A DNA stretch of 64,000 bases from Promethearchaeati archaeon (GCA_013166775.1 JABLTJ010000004.1:32001-96000), one strand, 5' to 3'. Shown: positions 38,766 to 49,664, counted from the stretch's first letter. Program-made: numbers and translations. The notes: generated by a model not told the origin, from the letters alone.

Positions 38766-40625
38766 ATGGGAAAATTATCTGACCTTATTGAAAATAAGGA
38801 GAAGAGAGTACTGTGTTTAGGTAATGAAGCGATAGCTAGAGGAGCTATTGAAGCTGGTGTTCAAGTTTTCGCAGCTTATCCAGGTACTCCAAGTAGTGAG
38901 ATTAGTGCTGCTTTAATTGCAGCTGCACCTGAATTAGATTTTTATGCAGAATGGAGTACAAATGAAAAAGTTGCCATGGAGATTTCTTATGCAGCATCTA
39001 TTAGTGGTGTAAGATCTATGACAGCTCTAAAACATGTGGGATTGAATGTAGCAGCAGATGCTTATTATTCTTTTATGTACATGGGCTGTAAAGGAGGTTT
39101 TGTTACAGTCGTTGGAGATGATCCCCATTGCTTTAGCAGTCAAAACGAACAAGATTCAAGATGGCTAGGAGTATCAGCTAATTTTGTAATTTTAGAACCT
39201 TCAAATCCTCAAGAAGCAAAAGATTATGTTAAACTTGCCTTTGATATAAGTGAAAAATTCGAAGCTCCGATTCTTTTAAGATCAACAACTAGAATTTCTC
39301 ATGCTAGAGCTGATGTTCAATATAACGAATATGAATCAAACTTTAAAGAGGGTGATTTAGAAAAAACACCACGATTTAAGTGTTTACCAGCAATCGCAAG
39401 AGCTAATCATCCGAAACTTCTGGAAAAAATGGAGAAAATAAAGGAATGGATTTTTGATAGTGGATTATCAATTGTAGAAGATAATGATGGAGAGGATTAT
39501 GGTATTATTACTTCAGGTATATCCTATTCATATGTAAAAGATGCACTTAAAACTCTGAAAAGAACAATCCCTATACTCAAATTAGGAATGATTTCACCTT
39601 TAGATGAAAAGTCAATTCTTAGATTTGCGAAGAATAAGAAGAATATAATCTTTATAGAGGAAGTAGATCCCTACTTAGAAGATAGAATTTCAGCGTTGTT
39701 TATTCAAAATGGTCTCAATCCAGAGATACATGGTAAATGCAATGGAATTACTAAAAGGTATCATGAACTAGATTCTAGACTCGTTGCAGAAGGATTGATA
39801 AAAGTAATTGGTGGAGAGTTGCCATCTCTTTCAGAAATTCAAAAAGCTGTGGAAGAAACAAAAGAATTCATACCGTTCAGACCACCTCTTTTCTGTGCTG
39901 GATGTCAACACAGAGCAGCATTTTATGAACTTTCCAAAGTAGTTAGAAAACAAGATGGAATTTTCTCATCAGATATAGGTTGTTACTCCTTAGATCCTTG
40001 GGTAACCGATACTATTGTTTGTATGGGAGCATCAATAGGAATGGCAAATGGTTTTGCAAGAGTGATAAAAAATAAACCAATATTTGCCTTAATAGGTGAT
40101 TCAACATTCTTTCACACTGGATTACCAGCCCTTGTAAATGCAGTTTATCATAAAGCAAATTTCAATTTAATCATCCTAGATAATAGAATGACAGCTATGA
40201 CGGGATTTCAACCTAATCCGACGGAGGATATTCCAATTGAAAATGTTGTCAAAGGTTTAGGAGTAGATTATATTGTAGAATTTGATCCTTATAATTTTGA
40301 AAAAGGTAAAAAAACTATCGAAGATGCGCTAAAACATGAAGGACCAACAGTAATAATTATGAGAAAAATCTGTGCAAATGAATGGTGGAGAAGAAAAAGA
40401 AGAAAAGGAGAAGAAATAGAAGTTTTTCATACAAATTCAGAAGTATGTATTGCTTGTGGAACTTGCATTGTACAATATCAATGTCCCGCAATATCCTGGA
40501 GTTTAGATACAAATTCCAAAGATAAAAAATATACTGTAATAGATCCTGCAATGTGTACTGGATGTTCTGTATGCTCTCAAATATGCCCAACAGGAGCAAT
40601 TTCAAAGGTGGAATTAAATGACTGA
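38766..40625 (+). CDS. iorA: Indolepyruvate:ferredoxin oxidoreductase alpha subunit
   Basis: LGNEAIARGA, YPGTPSSEI, NEKVA, KHVGLNVAAD, SSQNEQD, RPPLFCAGC, DIGCY, GDSTFFH, TAMTG, two CxxCxxC ferredoxin motifs. Confidence 0.96.
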   Translation: MGKLSDLIENKEKRVLCLGNEAIARGAIEAGVQVFAAYPGTPSSEISAALIAAAPELDFYAEWSTNEKVAMEISYAASISGVRSMTALKHVGLNVAADAYYSFMYMGCKGGFVTVVGDDPHCFSSQNEQDSRWLGVSANFVILEPSNPQEAKDYVKLAFDISEKFEAPILLRSTTRISHARADVQYNEYESNFKEGDLEKTPRFKCLPAIARANHPKLLEKMEKIKEWIFDSGLSIVEDNDGEDYGIITSGISYSYVKDALKTLKRTIPILKLGMISPLDEKSILRFAKNKKNIIFIEEVDPYLEDRISALFIQNGLNPEIHGKCNGITKRYHELDSRLVAEGLIKVIGGELPSLSEIQKAVEETKEFIPFRPPLFCAGCQHRAAFYELSKVVRKQDGIFSSDIGCYSLDPWVTDTIVCMGASIGMANGFARVIKNKPIFALIGDSTFFHTGLPALVNAVYHKANFNLIILDNRMTAMTGFQPNPTEDIPIENVVKGLGVDYIVEFDPYNFEKGKKTIEDALKHEGPTVIIMRKICANEWWRRKRRKGEEIEVFHTNSEVCIACGTCIVQYQCPAISWSLDTNSKDKKYTVIDPAMCTGCSVCSQICPTGAISKVELND

Positions 40626-41223
40626 AGAGTATCAAATGGTAATAGTTGGAGTAGGTGGTCAGGGAATATTGACAATTTCAGATGTTATTGCAATTGCAGC
40701 TCGAAAAAAGGGTTTACACATCCTTGGATCTGAAGTTCATGGGATGGCACAGAAAGGTGGATCAGTAATTACTAATCTCAAAATCGGAAAGGAATTACAT
40801 TCTCCAACAATTCCAGAAGGAAGTGCAAAGGTTCTAATAGGAATAGAAGAGAATGAGACTTTGAGATTTATCAAGTATTTAGAACCTAATGCGACAGCAA
40901 TAACGTCTAAAACAATTTTAAATCCCGTTAGTTGGAAAAAGAACAAGAAAGCTGCTATAGAAGCACAGGAGAAGATTGATGAAAATTTAGCTAAATTCAA
41001 AGCTAAAATAATTAAGATAGACTCAGAAGCATTAGCACTTGAAGCCGGTCTTTCATTAGCTCAAAATATAGTATTATTAGGAGTTCTATCACAAGTAGAG
41101 GGATTCCCTCTATCTGATGAAGAATTAAAGGAAGCACTCAAAGAAAGAGTTCCTAAGAAGTATGTAGAACAAAATCTGAAAGCTTTTGAGCTTGGAAAAA
41201 ACGCTATTGAGAAAACTAATTAG
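40618..41223 (+). CDS. iorB: Indolepyruvate:ferredoxin oxidoreductase beta subunit
   Basis: GVGGQGI, SEVHGMAQKGGSV, NIVLLG, NLKAFELG. Confidence 0.95.
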   Translation: MTEEYQMVIVGVGGQGILTISDVIAIAARKKGLHILGSEVHGMAQKGGSVITNLKIGKELHSPTIPEGSAKVLIGIEENETLRFIKYLEPNATAITSKTILNPVSWKKNKKAAIEAQEKIDENLAKFKAKIIKIDSEALALEAGLSLAQNIVLLGVLSQVEGFPLSDEELKEALKERVPKKYVEQNLKAFELGKNAIEKTN

Positions 41224-41297
41224 TAATGCATCTCTTTCTTCAATAGAGTTTTCCAGTTCATTTTCCAGTTCAGGTATGATTAGAAATTTTGCAATTG

Positions 41298-41615
41298 TTA
41301 GGTTATACCTTCTTCATTTGGTAATCTGACAGCTTCTATAATTTCTTTTCCAACAACGACTTCATCTACTGAGTGAATTGATGAACCATATTCCCTCAAA
41401 GTTTCTTTTATTTTCTCGAAATCTAAAGCATTACCAACAATAGTAACAATTATTCCTTCAGTACTGGAATCAGTTTCTGTTCTAGTTATATTAACTGATT
41501 CAATTCCTGAAATAACTCCTAAAGCTAAAGCCAAAACATCAATTCTAGGTTGATGAGGTTTTAGTACGTCTAGCACAAGTCTTCTGATATGAACTTTCTT
41601 CGTAGATTCGACCAT
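41298..41615 (-). CDS. DUF211 family protein
   Basis: IRRLVLDVLKPHQP, VNIT, GSSIHSVDEVVVG. Likely start ATG 41615. Confidence 0.88.
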   Translation of the reverse strand: MVESTKKVHIRRLVLDVLKPHQPRIDVLALALGVISGIESVNITRTETDSSTEGIIVTIVGNALDFEKIKETLREYGSSIHSVDEVVVGKEIIEAVRLPNEEGIT

Positions 41616-41800
41616 CTTTATTTCCCATGTTCCAAATAGTTGCTTAATTTCATTTTCTGTTCGCATTTAAAAAAACTTTGTCTTGAGGACACATTCTAAA
41701 AATCTGGATTTTTCCTTTACCAATAGAAAAAAGAATATTAAACATAACAAATATTAAGTAATTAGAACCTAAAATTAGGTTATATAGTACTGTGAGGTCT

Positions 41801-44800
41801 ATGACAAAGCAATTCCCCTACGATTTATGGATATCTACAGGTAGTGACGCAGGAATAAGTTTTGCAACTGTAGGAAAGTTAGCAAAAGATTCTAGTATGA
41901 TGCAAGGGATTCTTCTTTCACTTCAGAATTTAATGTCTACAGAGGTTGATGTAACAAACTCTCAATTCATGACAGGGGAAAATGAATTCGTCAAATTTGG
42001 TACTTTTACACTTGCTGAGGAAGCAGATGATGTTGTAGTTCAATATGTAGTGAAATCTGAACAAGCAAGAAAACTCTCAAGATATGATGAACAGATAGTA
42101 CAAGAATTAGCATTAGCATTCTGTAGATTTATTATTCTTACTCCGAATTTTCATCAGAATTTATCTGCAGGAAAAATGATATCAGCAAACTATGTAACAA
42201 AATCATTTCTCAAAGCATGTACAATAGCAAAACAGAAGATATCGGTTCCTGTGAATAATAAAGGATTAGTTGAGAAAGTACATAAGTATTTACAAGTAAT
42301 TGAAAATGATCCAATAAAATTCCCAACTCTAGTTCAACTTAAAAATATCGATGAATGGATAGGAGGAGATGAAAATTCTTGGGATAAGGGGTCAATAGTA
42401 TCTTTTAAGAGACAATTGTTAGTTCAGATGGTAGCACAAGATATTCTCTATCAGATACTGATAGATGATCCTTTCATTGCCCTCGAATATGAAAACCCTA
42501 GGTATGCAATAGATGAAATTCGTAACCTCATTGAGAATTATCTAAGAAAGAAAGAAGTTCAACCTCAAGAGCTTATTGAACAACATCTTTCCAAAAACAT
42601 GGAAAAATTAATTTCTAAACAACTTAAAGCTCTTACTATTGATGAAATCCATTCAGCAAATTCATTCATTTCACATAAACTCGCTAAAGAGGTGATTTAT
42701 TCAATTGCTAAAAAAACTCCTCTTCTATCATTGGTCGATTTTAGAGACATTCCTCTCTATTCAACAATTCAAAAACATATCAGCGCTGTTACTGATGTTC
42801 CTCATGTAGGTAGTATGATATGTGATGCGCTCATAGAAGATGTTTCACCGTTAGTTCTTCAAGGTGCTCGATTATTTTATAATCAATTAATAGATCCTTT
42901 TGTAGGAAGGAAGCTACCAAACAGTATTTGGAATGTAATAATTAATTTTACATATTCTATTCTAGAAGAAAGGAAAATAGAATCTGATAAGAATAAACAA
43001 GCTAGAACATCCATAGAAGTGAAGAGGAACTTAATTCTTGATAGAATATCTAAATTAACAGTTCTCCAATCTGACTGGATTAAAGACCTCACGAAGCGAT
43101 TCAAAGAAATTGGAATTGGACAGCAATTGCAGGTTTCAAATATAGAAGAATCGGTTTTATTTGCTAATGCTCTGGAGCGAGCAATAATCACAACTCTAGA
43201 AAAAATGATCAAGGACCAGATGTTCAACTCCACTCTAGGTGATATATACAAGTATATGATGAATTCTTTCAAAAACTTAGCACCAAAAACTGTTCTAGTA
43301 GAGATACTCTCTAATATTACAAGAGATATTAAAGAAAAGAATTATGAAACTGCTCCTCAAATGAGTTTGAGTGCTAAGGATCTGATTGGATCAGCAATAG
43401 ATGAGGGGACTGTAAAAGCATACGTAAACTCAGTTCCAGTTCAAATAAAACGTTCTATTTTCGGACGATCAAACTTAAGATTTGATGGAAGAACTATTTC
43501 TTCTTCAGAGTTACTTCAGAAGAACGGGTTAACAATAAGTATAAGTAACAAAATAATACCATTACGGCACTTTGAGCAAGATGCTGAATTTCTAGTTACA
43601 TGTTTTAAAAATTCCAAAATACTCCGAAGAGCTTACGCTAAAGCTATCTTAAGAGGAATGATAACATCTTATCTTCAACAGCTTTTCAACTTCGAAGAAC
43701 AGGTGATAAATAGACTTGATTCACTAATAACAGCATTCAGTAGAGAATTGGCATCTAAGTTAATTCCTGCTCATAGATTAAATGAAATAAAAGATCCATT
43801 TCCAACATTTCCAATGATAAGGAATATTCCACAAAAATTCAAAGGAAGGGGTTTCCACGAGAAATGTCAAGAAAGTTGGAATATACAAGCACCAAGAACA
43901 TTTAAAGTGGTTCAAGACATTCTAAATGGTTTCTCGGCATTAAGATCGAATGACCTAAATTACAAGAAAAAAGCTATGAGATTATATAGTAGAGCTATAA
44001 AGGAACTTAAAGATATAAGAAAACGTCTACTAAAAAGTTGGAATCCATTAAACAATCAAATGACTAAATTAGTAGAAAAATGGTCAAAAGATGTAAGTGT
44101 TGATCTTTCTGCTCATTTAGATACAGTTAGTCGAAAAGTAAGGGATTGGGTGGGTGATATATTTAAAATACAAAGGCTTGATTATGGTAGATTTACAATT
44201 TCTACTGAACAATGCCAAAAAGAAATAATTGAAACACTTAATCAAATAAATCCTCGAGAAATAGTAGAATTACCAAAGAATTTCATGGAGATAGCTATCT
44301 CAATTCTACTCTATAGACGAATTCCAGAATATGTTATTGATGAATCATATAATCAGATGATAAGTGGAGAAAAGAAAGTCGCAGATGCTGTATTGAAAGC
44401 CTGGAGTAAAAGTAAATCAAGAAGTGATTTTGAGAATAATCTCTATCTTAACATGAGAGTATTAGGTAATACTTTTACAAAGATGATTAACACATATGGA
44501 AGATTGATTAGTACGTTCTTCGTTCAAAACGATATAGAATTATCAAGCGATAAACAAGGATATTATATTACTTTGGGACGTATTTCAAAAGAGGTTTATA
44601 CTTCCAAAATGGATATTCTTTCAGTTCTACAATTTCCTAACGTTGAACCTATTGCAGCAGAAGATGATTGGGAGATTCGATTATATTTAGAGCCTAAATA
44701 TAAGAAGGAAATGGATAAGTATAGAGATCGTCTTATTGTGATGAGTGATGTAGTAGGATTTACTGCAAGAATAAAATTCGATGAATTCACGGGGCCAGTT

Positions 44801-44944
44801 ATTGAAGGTATTAAATCTGTTATTCCCTATCTAATCAAAAACGGAGAAGCTAATGTAATTGATCTTTCTGAAACAATCAAGGAAGCTTTATTCATGTTAT
44901 CTGAATATCCTACTCAAATTGTTGATAAGAAAGGGAAGAAATGA
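41801..44944 (+). CDS. Large hypothetical protein with N-terminal longin-like domain and long helical body
   Basis: N-terminal LWIS..AGI...DSSMMQGILLSLQNLMSTEV...VVQYVV pattern; remainder mostly amphipathic helices; no TM or signal peptide. Confidence 0.6.
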   Translation: MTKQFPYDLWISTGSDAGISFATVGKLAKDSSMMQGILLSLQNLMSTEVDVTNSQFMTGENEFVKFGTFTLAEEADDVVVQYVVKSEQARKLSRYDEQIVQELALAFCRFIILTPNFHQNLSAGKMISANYVTKSFLKACTIAKQKISVPVNNKGLVEKVHKYLQVIENDPIKFPTLVQLKNIDEWIGGDENSWDKGSIVSFKRQLLVQMVAQDILYQILIDDPFIALEYENPRYAIDEIRNLIENYLRKKEVQPQELIEQHLSKNMEKLISKQLKALTIDEIHSANSFISHKLAKEVIYSIAKKTPLLSLVDFRDIPLYSTIQKHISAVTDVPHVGSMICDALIEDVSPLVLQGARLFYNQLIDPFVGRKLPNSIWNVIINFTYSILEERKIESDKNKQARTSIEVKRNLILDRISKLTVLQSDWIKDLTKRFKEIGIGQQLQVSNIEESVLFANALERAIITTLEKMIKDQMFNSTLGDIYKYMMNSFKNLAPKTVLVEILSNITRDIKEKNYETAPQMSLSAKDLIGSAIDEGTVKAYVNSVPVQIKRSIFGRSNLRFDGRTISSSELLQKNGLTISISNKIIPLRHFEQDAEFLVTCFKNSKILRRAYAKAILRGMITSYLQQLFNFEEQVINRLDSLITAFSRELASKLIPAHRLNEIKDPFPTFPMIRNIPQKFKGRGFHEKCQESWNIQAPRTFKVVQDILNGFSALRSNDLNYKKKAMRLYSRAIKELKDIRKRLLKSWNPLNNQMTKLVEKWSKDVSVDLSAHLDTVSRKVRDWVGDIFKIQRLDYGRFTISTEQCQKEIIETLNQINPREIVELPKNFMEIAISILLYRRIPEYVIDESYNQMISGEKKVADAVLKAWSKSKSRSDFENNLYLNMRVLGNTFTKMINTYGRLISTFFVQNDIELSSDKQGYYITLGRISKEVYTSKMDILSVLQFPNVEPIAAEDDWEIRLYLEPKYKKEMDKYRDRLIVMSDVVGFTARIKFDEFTGPVIEGIKSVIPYLIKNGEANVIDLSETIKEALFMLSEYPTQIVDKKGKK

Positions 44945-44945
44945 A

Positions 44946-45665
44946 TCAGTTTCTTGGTCCAAAAATAGCAGTCCCCACCCTAATCATTGTTGAACCTTCT
45001 TCTATTGCAACATTGAAATCATTTGACATACCCATTGAAAGTTGAGGTTTTTCTACATCCAACAAAGGAACAATTTTTTCTATGAAATACTTGTGAGTTC
45101 TTGAAAAGAATTTTCTAAGTTTAATTTGATCAACTTCATACTCTAAAGGAGCTATTGTCATAATACCTTGAATTTCAACGTTTGAGTATTTTTCTACTGA
45201 TTTGATAAACTTCAATAAAGTATTCATATCAAGTCCTTTAGGAAAAACTGAATTACTAAAATCAACTTGAATGAAAATTGGATATTTTATTTCTCTCGAT
45301 TGAGCTCTTCTATTTATTAGTGAAAAAATTTTCTCTGTTTGGATGCTTTGTATGAGATTACAGTTCTCAACAGCATATTTTACTTTATTTGATTGCATTT
45401 TCCCAACTATATGCATCTGTGTTGATGATGAATAATCTGTTATCAGAGGGAGTTTTTTCTTAAGTTCTGTCCCTGCGATTTCTCCAATAATTTCTAGCCC
45501 TGCATCTATTGCGAGCTTTATTCTATCAAATTCTATACGTTTCGAAACACCTACAATAGTAATCTCGCTTGGATTCCTTCCTACTTTTTCTGAGTAATCC
45601 TCTACCTGTTGAAGAACTTTTTTAAAATTGGATTGAACATCTATTTTTTGAGGATTTTCAGACAT
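44946..45665 (-). CDS. yggS: YggS/PLPBP pyridoxal-phosphate homeostasis protein
   Basis: IVGVSK, HIVGKMQSNK, GIMTI, LSMGMSNDF, GSTMIRVGTAIFG. Confidence 0.92.
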   Translation of the reverse strand: MSENPQKIDVQSNFKKVLQQVEDYSEKVGRNPSEITIVGVSKRIEFDRIKLAIDAGLEIIGEIAGTELKKKLPLITDYSSSTQMHIVGKMQSNKVKYAVENCNLIQSIQTEKIFSLINRRAQSREIKYPIFIQVDFSNSVFPKGLDMNTLLKFIKSVEKYSNVEIQGIMTIAPLEYEVDQIKLRKFFSRTHKYFIEKIVPLLDVEKPQLSMGMSNDFNVAIEEGSTMIRVGTAIFGPRN

Positions 45666-45722
45666 TAAATAAACATTTTCCGGATAAACATAAAGATATT
45701 GCTAAAGACATTTTCCTTTTTT

Positions 45723-46544
45723 TCATTTATCTATATTGTCAAGTTTGGTCTGATCAATATCATATAAAACACGTCCTTCCATCCCTCCATGAACCATAAT
45801 TGTCTCCCCATTTAGATGACTTGCTACTCTATCTGATAGAAGAAATACAGTCAAAGAAGCAATATCAAACGGTGTAGCTATTTTTTGAATTGGTATACTT
45901 TGCAGAATCTTGCGTACAACTTTATCGTCTTTCAATGATTCTTTTGCCATTGGAGTGTTTACCCATCCGGGAGCTACAGTATTCACTCTTCCTAATTTCG
46001 CAAATGAAACAATTTCATTCTTCCAAGTTTTTGTTAAACCATACATCAAAGCTGCTTTTGTCGCAGAATAATCAGCATGTCCAGCTTCACCAAACAAACC
46101 AGCGGTTGAACCAATTAGCACTAAAGATGCATTATCTTCAGGATAATTTTCAAGATTAAGGAAGAACTCTTTAACGCACAGAAAAACACCAGTTAGATTA
46201 ACTTGTATGATGTTTTCCCATTGTTTCAAACTCATTTTTGATGTTAAAATACTATCAGAAACCCATATTCCTGCATTAGCTACTAATCCATCTATTCTTC
46301 CAAAGTGTTCTGTTGATGTTTTAAAGAATTTCTTCACTTCATCTTCTTTTCTCAAATCACACTGTATAAAATTGATATTTTGGTTATTGTATGATTCTGC
46401 TAACTCTCTGGCTTTCTGAATATTCTTGAAGTATAGCACACTTATCTTTGCTCCCTCTTTGTAGAGCAAAGAAATAATTGCTTCTCCTATTCCTCCTGTT
46501 CCCCCAGTAATAACAAAATGCTTGTTACCAAGTTTTAAATCCAT
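45723..46544 (-). CDS. Classical short-chain dehydrogenase/reductase
   Basis: TGGTGGIG, NAGI, GSTAG, YSATK, VAPGWV. Confidence 0.92.
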   Translation of the reverse strand: MDLKLGNKHFVITGGTGGIGEAIISLLYKEGAKISVLYFKNIQKARELAESYNNQNINFIQCDLRKEDEVKKFFKTSTEHFGRIDGLVANAGIWVSDSILTSKMSLKQWENIIQVNLTGVFLCVKEFFLNLENYPEDNASLVLIGSTAGLFGEAGHADYSATKAALMYGLTKTWKNEIVSFAKLGRVNTVAPGWVNTPMAKESLKDDKVVRKILQSIPIQKIATPFDIASLTVFLLSDRVASHLNGETIMVHGGMEGRVLYDIDQTKLDNIDK

Positions 46545-46636
46545 GATAATATCTTTGTTTCGGTTATTTTAAAGTTAATCTATTATTTAAATCAAATAAA
46601 CTTAAAGAAAAAATAGAAAAAAGAAAGGTTAGAAGA

Positions 46637-49504
46637 TTATTTTCTTCTTTTTGTGAATATTACTGCGCTTGAAATAGCTGCTAGTCCTATGATACTTAGA
46701 ATGGTTACTAATCCAAACTCTGGTACTAATGGTAAAGTACCTATTATAGCGTCGAGATGAGGTATTGAAGCAATATCTGAAGCAACTATTATTTCTAGAT
46801 AAGCTTCCATACCCATACCATTCATACCATAATCTGGAATTTGACCGATGACGAAATCAAAGCTTGTCTTAACTCCTCCACCTAGAACTTGACCAGTAAA
46901 GTAATCAATTCCTACCCATATGTAGCCTTTTATCCAACCATCCAAAGAACTAGTTTCCCATTCATAGTCTCCGTTCAACATACCAAACTCAAAGTCTACT
47001 GCTACATCAATTGAGATATAATTATACATTACGTCTAGACCTGCATCTGAGTAATAGAACGAATCGACAACTGGATTAAAGATTAGTTGGTTGAGAACCA
47101 CATTGGTGTTTTGTCCAGCGAGTAGAGTTAGAGCTTCTACAAAGTAATCTAAATTACCTATGACTGAAGTTACCGTAGTAAACATTCCATCCAGCAAGTC
47201 CCAATCTGGTAAGAATTGAGGTCCTGCAGGGTAAATCATTGGATATGAGTATGTATCAATTTCTGGTGTTGACAAAGGTTCTGAAGGATTAGTTAATTCC
47301 GTTGAGAAATTAGCCCAAAGACCTTCATAGCGATCAACAGTTACGGTTAGAAATTCATTACCAATGGCATCTAAACCACCTGTTTTGAATTGAGTTAATC
47401 CATCGACAAACTCTTGTGGTGCAATTGCAGGTATGTCATAGTAGAAAACAAAATCATCAATGCTGTAGGTCCAAGATTCATCAGTAAAGTCTGTAAATGT
47501 TACTGTTTCTGTTTTTCCGTAATTTAGCTCTATAACCATATCTACATACACATCAGTTAGAGAATAGAAATCTAAACTCAAGGAGACGTTTAGCAACATC
47601 CCATCGGTAGTATTATAGCCCCAGTAAACATCTTGTGTCATACCTGGTTCTGTCATATCCATATGCAGTTCGAATAGGAAATAGTTGTTAATATCATCAT
47701 AGGTTGTATTGAAACCTGGTGATTCATATTCTGGTGTGTCATTCATAGCAACATCTATATCATCTAAGCTCTCCCAATTAGTGTCAGGTGCATAGATTGA
47801 CTGCATTGGTACAAAAGTTTCTGTAAATGGCCAGTAGTCATAAGATCCATGCAAGAATTCATATTTATAATCTCCCATAACATTCATGGCAAATTCTAAA
47901 TCTGTAAACATTGTCAAAGGAATTGGGATTGGAATTATAGAACCAGTTGAAATATCTAATTCAGCATCGGGTAGATTCATTGTATAAAATGGTCCATTAG
48001 ACCATAACCACATCATAGGATCAGGACTGTTTACTAGTGTAGAAAAGATAAAACCATTATGATAACCATCATAGAATTGGCTTTCATATGCATAGTTTGC
48101 TCCATCGCGATATTCGGTTGTTCCAGCTGGATTAGGTAGTACAGGTATTGGATTTTCAGTAAGAGCTCCTGCTATTTTATCAGCAGCTCCATCTGCGAAA
48201 CCATCAAAATATCCTTTAGAACCATAGTCCCACATTCCATTAAGATAGTCTAATCCGTAATTAGTATCTGGATCATTAAATCCGTCCTCATACGCCCAAT
48301 CATAGCCATCCTTTATTCCCCAGTTATAACCATCTTCCCAGGAATCTTCTGGATTCCAATAATAGTTTACTGGAAGATTATAATTTGGACCTGGAAAAAC
48401 TCCACCGTCATCCCAAGTACCATGGTCAAATCCACCATAGTTATGATATCCATTATCGAAACCACTTTTATATCCAGACATCCAGGTATTCCACTCTGCA
48501 TCATAGAGATCATGATATAATTCTCTATTGAAATATTCAATAGCTCCTTGATATAGATATCCTTGACCATAGTACATATCGTACCATCTGCTATAGTGTT
48601 CATAGTAAGCAAGATCGAAGAGATTAGTGATTGCTGGAGGTGTTGGGGGAGTCTTATCAGGTATTCTATAAGTTGATAGATAATCAGTTTCTCCACTGGA
48701 GAAACCATTATCTCTAGCGTCAAAGAAACCATCATAGAAACCGTCTAATGCAGTAAAATTATCAAACCAAGCAAGGTTTTTTACACTGACTTCAGAAGCT
48801 CGGTAGCCCATCTCCCATCCGATACACTTTCCTAAATCTCTAGCAAAGTCATAAATTTGGCTTTCACCATAATTATTTTCATTTGGCCACCAGAAAGGAT
48901 TGTATGATCCCCAATCATAATAGTGAGTTTGCCATCCCCAATAGAATTCATCGAGGAAGGTTTGATTAAATCCATTCCAGAATTCGTCAGAGTCAATTGT
49001 GTTATCAAAATCACCCCATACCCAGTAGTCTTTGTAGTTGTTTATGTTGGTATCTACAAAATCATCAGGGAAAGAAAACATTGATGCATTGAGATATGCC
49101 ATTAGGTCGCTGTTTAGTTTAAGGTAAGTAAACGTTTGGAATGCATTTTCCCAGGTCTGGTTTTCATACGTATAATCGAAATCATCATCATATTGCCATA
49201 GTGGTAAAGTGTCCATAGCTGTAATATAAGCTATAATTTCACTTCCTTCAAATGTACCATCAAAACCATAGTCAAAATCTGGTGCTTCAATTGGTAGAAT
49301 AAGGTCTAGAATTTCTAGAAAACCTTCACCATAATCGAAAGTTGTCATGTCATAAACATATTTTGATCCAGCATCAAATGCTTCAAATTTTGGAGCATCA
49401 TCTGTAGAATCATCCCATGTCGCATTTATTACATTAGACATTGGTGAAACTATAGGCAGTAATATTAGCAATAGGCTTATTCCTAAAATTATTCGTTTTT
49501 TCAT
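46637..49504 (-). CDS. Large acidic cell-surface protein with PEF(G)-type C-terminal sorting signal
   Basis: Signal peptide MKKRIILG; C-terminal VPEFG + TM + KRRK; internal aromatic/Gly repeats; many sequons. Confidence 0.8.
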   Translation of the reverse strand: MKKRIILGISLLLILLPIVSPMSNVINATWDDSTDDAPKFEAFDAGSKYVYDMTTFDYGEGFLEILDLILPIEAPDFDYGFDGTFEGSEIIAYITAMDTLPLWQYDDDFDYTYENQTWENAFQTFTYLKLNSDLMAYLNASMFSFPDDFVDTNINNYKDYWVWGDFDNTIDSDEFWNGFNQTFLDEFYWGWQTHYYDWGSYNPFWWPNENNYGESQIYDFARDLGKCIGWEMGYRASEVSVKNLAWFDNFTALDGFYDGFFDARDNGFSSGETDYLSTYRIPDKTPPTPPAITNLFDLAYYEHYSRWYDMYYGQGYLYQGAIEYFNRELYHDLYDAEWNTWMSGYKSGFDNGYHNYGGFDHGTWDDGGVFPGPNYNLPVNYYWNPEDSWEDGYNWGIKDGYDWAYEDGFNDPDTNYGLDYLNGMWDYGSKGYFDGFADGAADKIAGALTENPIPVLPNPAGTTEYRDGANYAYESQFYDGYHNGFIFSTLVNSPDPMMWLWSNGPFYTMNLPDAELDISTGSIIPIPIPLTMFTDLEFAMNVMGDYKYEFLHGSYDYWPFTETFVPMQSIYAPDTNWESLDDIDVAMNDTPEYESPGFNTTYDDINNYFLFELHMDMTEPGMTQDVYWGYNTTDGMLLNVSLSLDFYSLTDVYVDMVIELNYGKTETVTFTDFTDESWTYSIDDFVFYYDIPAIAPQEFVDGLTQFKTGGLDAIGNEFLTVTVDRYEGLWANFSTELTNPSEPLSTPEIDTYSYPMIYPAGPQFLPDWDLLDGMFTTVTSVIGNLDYFVEALTLLAGQNTNVVLNQLIFNPVVDSFYYSDAGLDVMYNYISIDVAVDFEFGMLNGDYEWETSSLDGWIKGYIWVGIDYFTGQVLGGGVKTSFDFVIGQIPDYGMNGMGMEAYLEIIVASDIASIPHLDAIIGTLPLVPEFGLVTILSIIGLAAISSAVIFTKRRK

Positions 49505-49664
49505 ATATTTGAACCCCTTAGGAGTCTAATATATCTATCCAGACTTATATTTAAAAACATAATGTTCGTTTTTTTTCGAGGAAGTAAATCTGAGTATATA
49601 AAATCATTGAATTGCTATACAATGAATAAAACGAATAAAGATGAAAATTATACTAAAACATGGT

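Noticed and set aside
41249-41272. Tandem 12-mer TTTTCCAGTTCA x2 between iorB and DUF211, superficially ORB-like (TTCCAG)
   Set aside because: Only two copies, no GGAAA half or G-string of an ORB, and no cdc6/orc1 nearby. The open frame through it has no start codon. Probably a local duplication in a terminator region.
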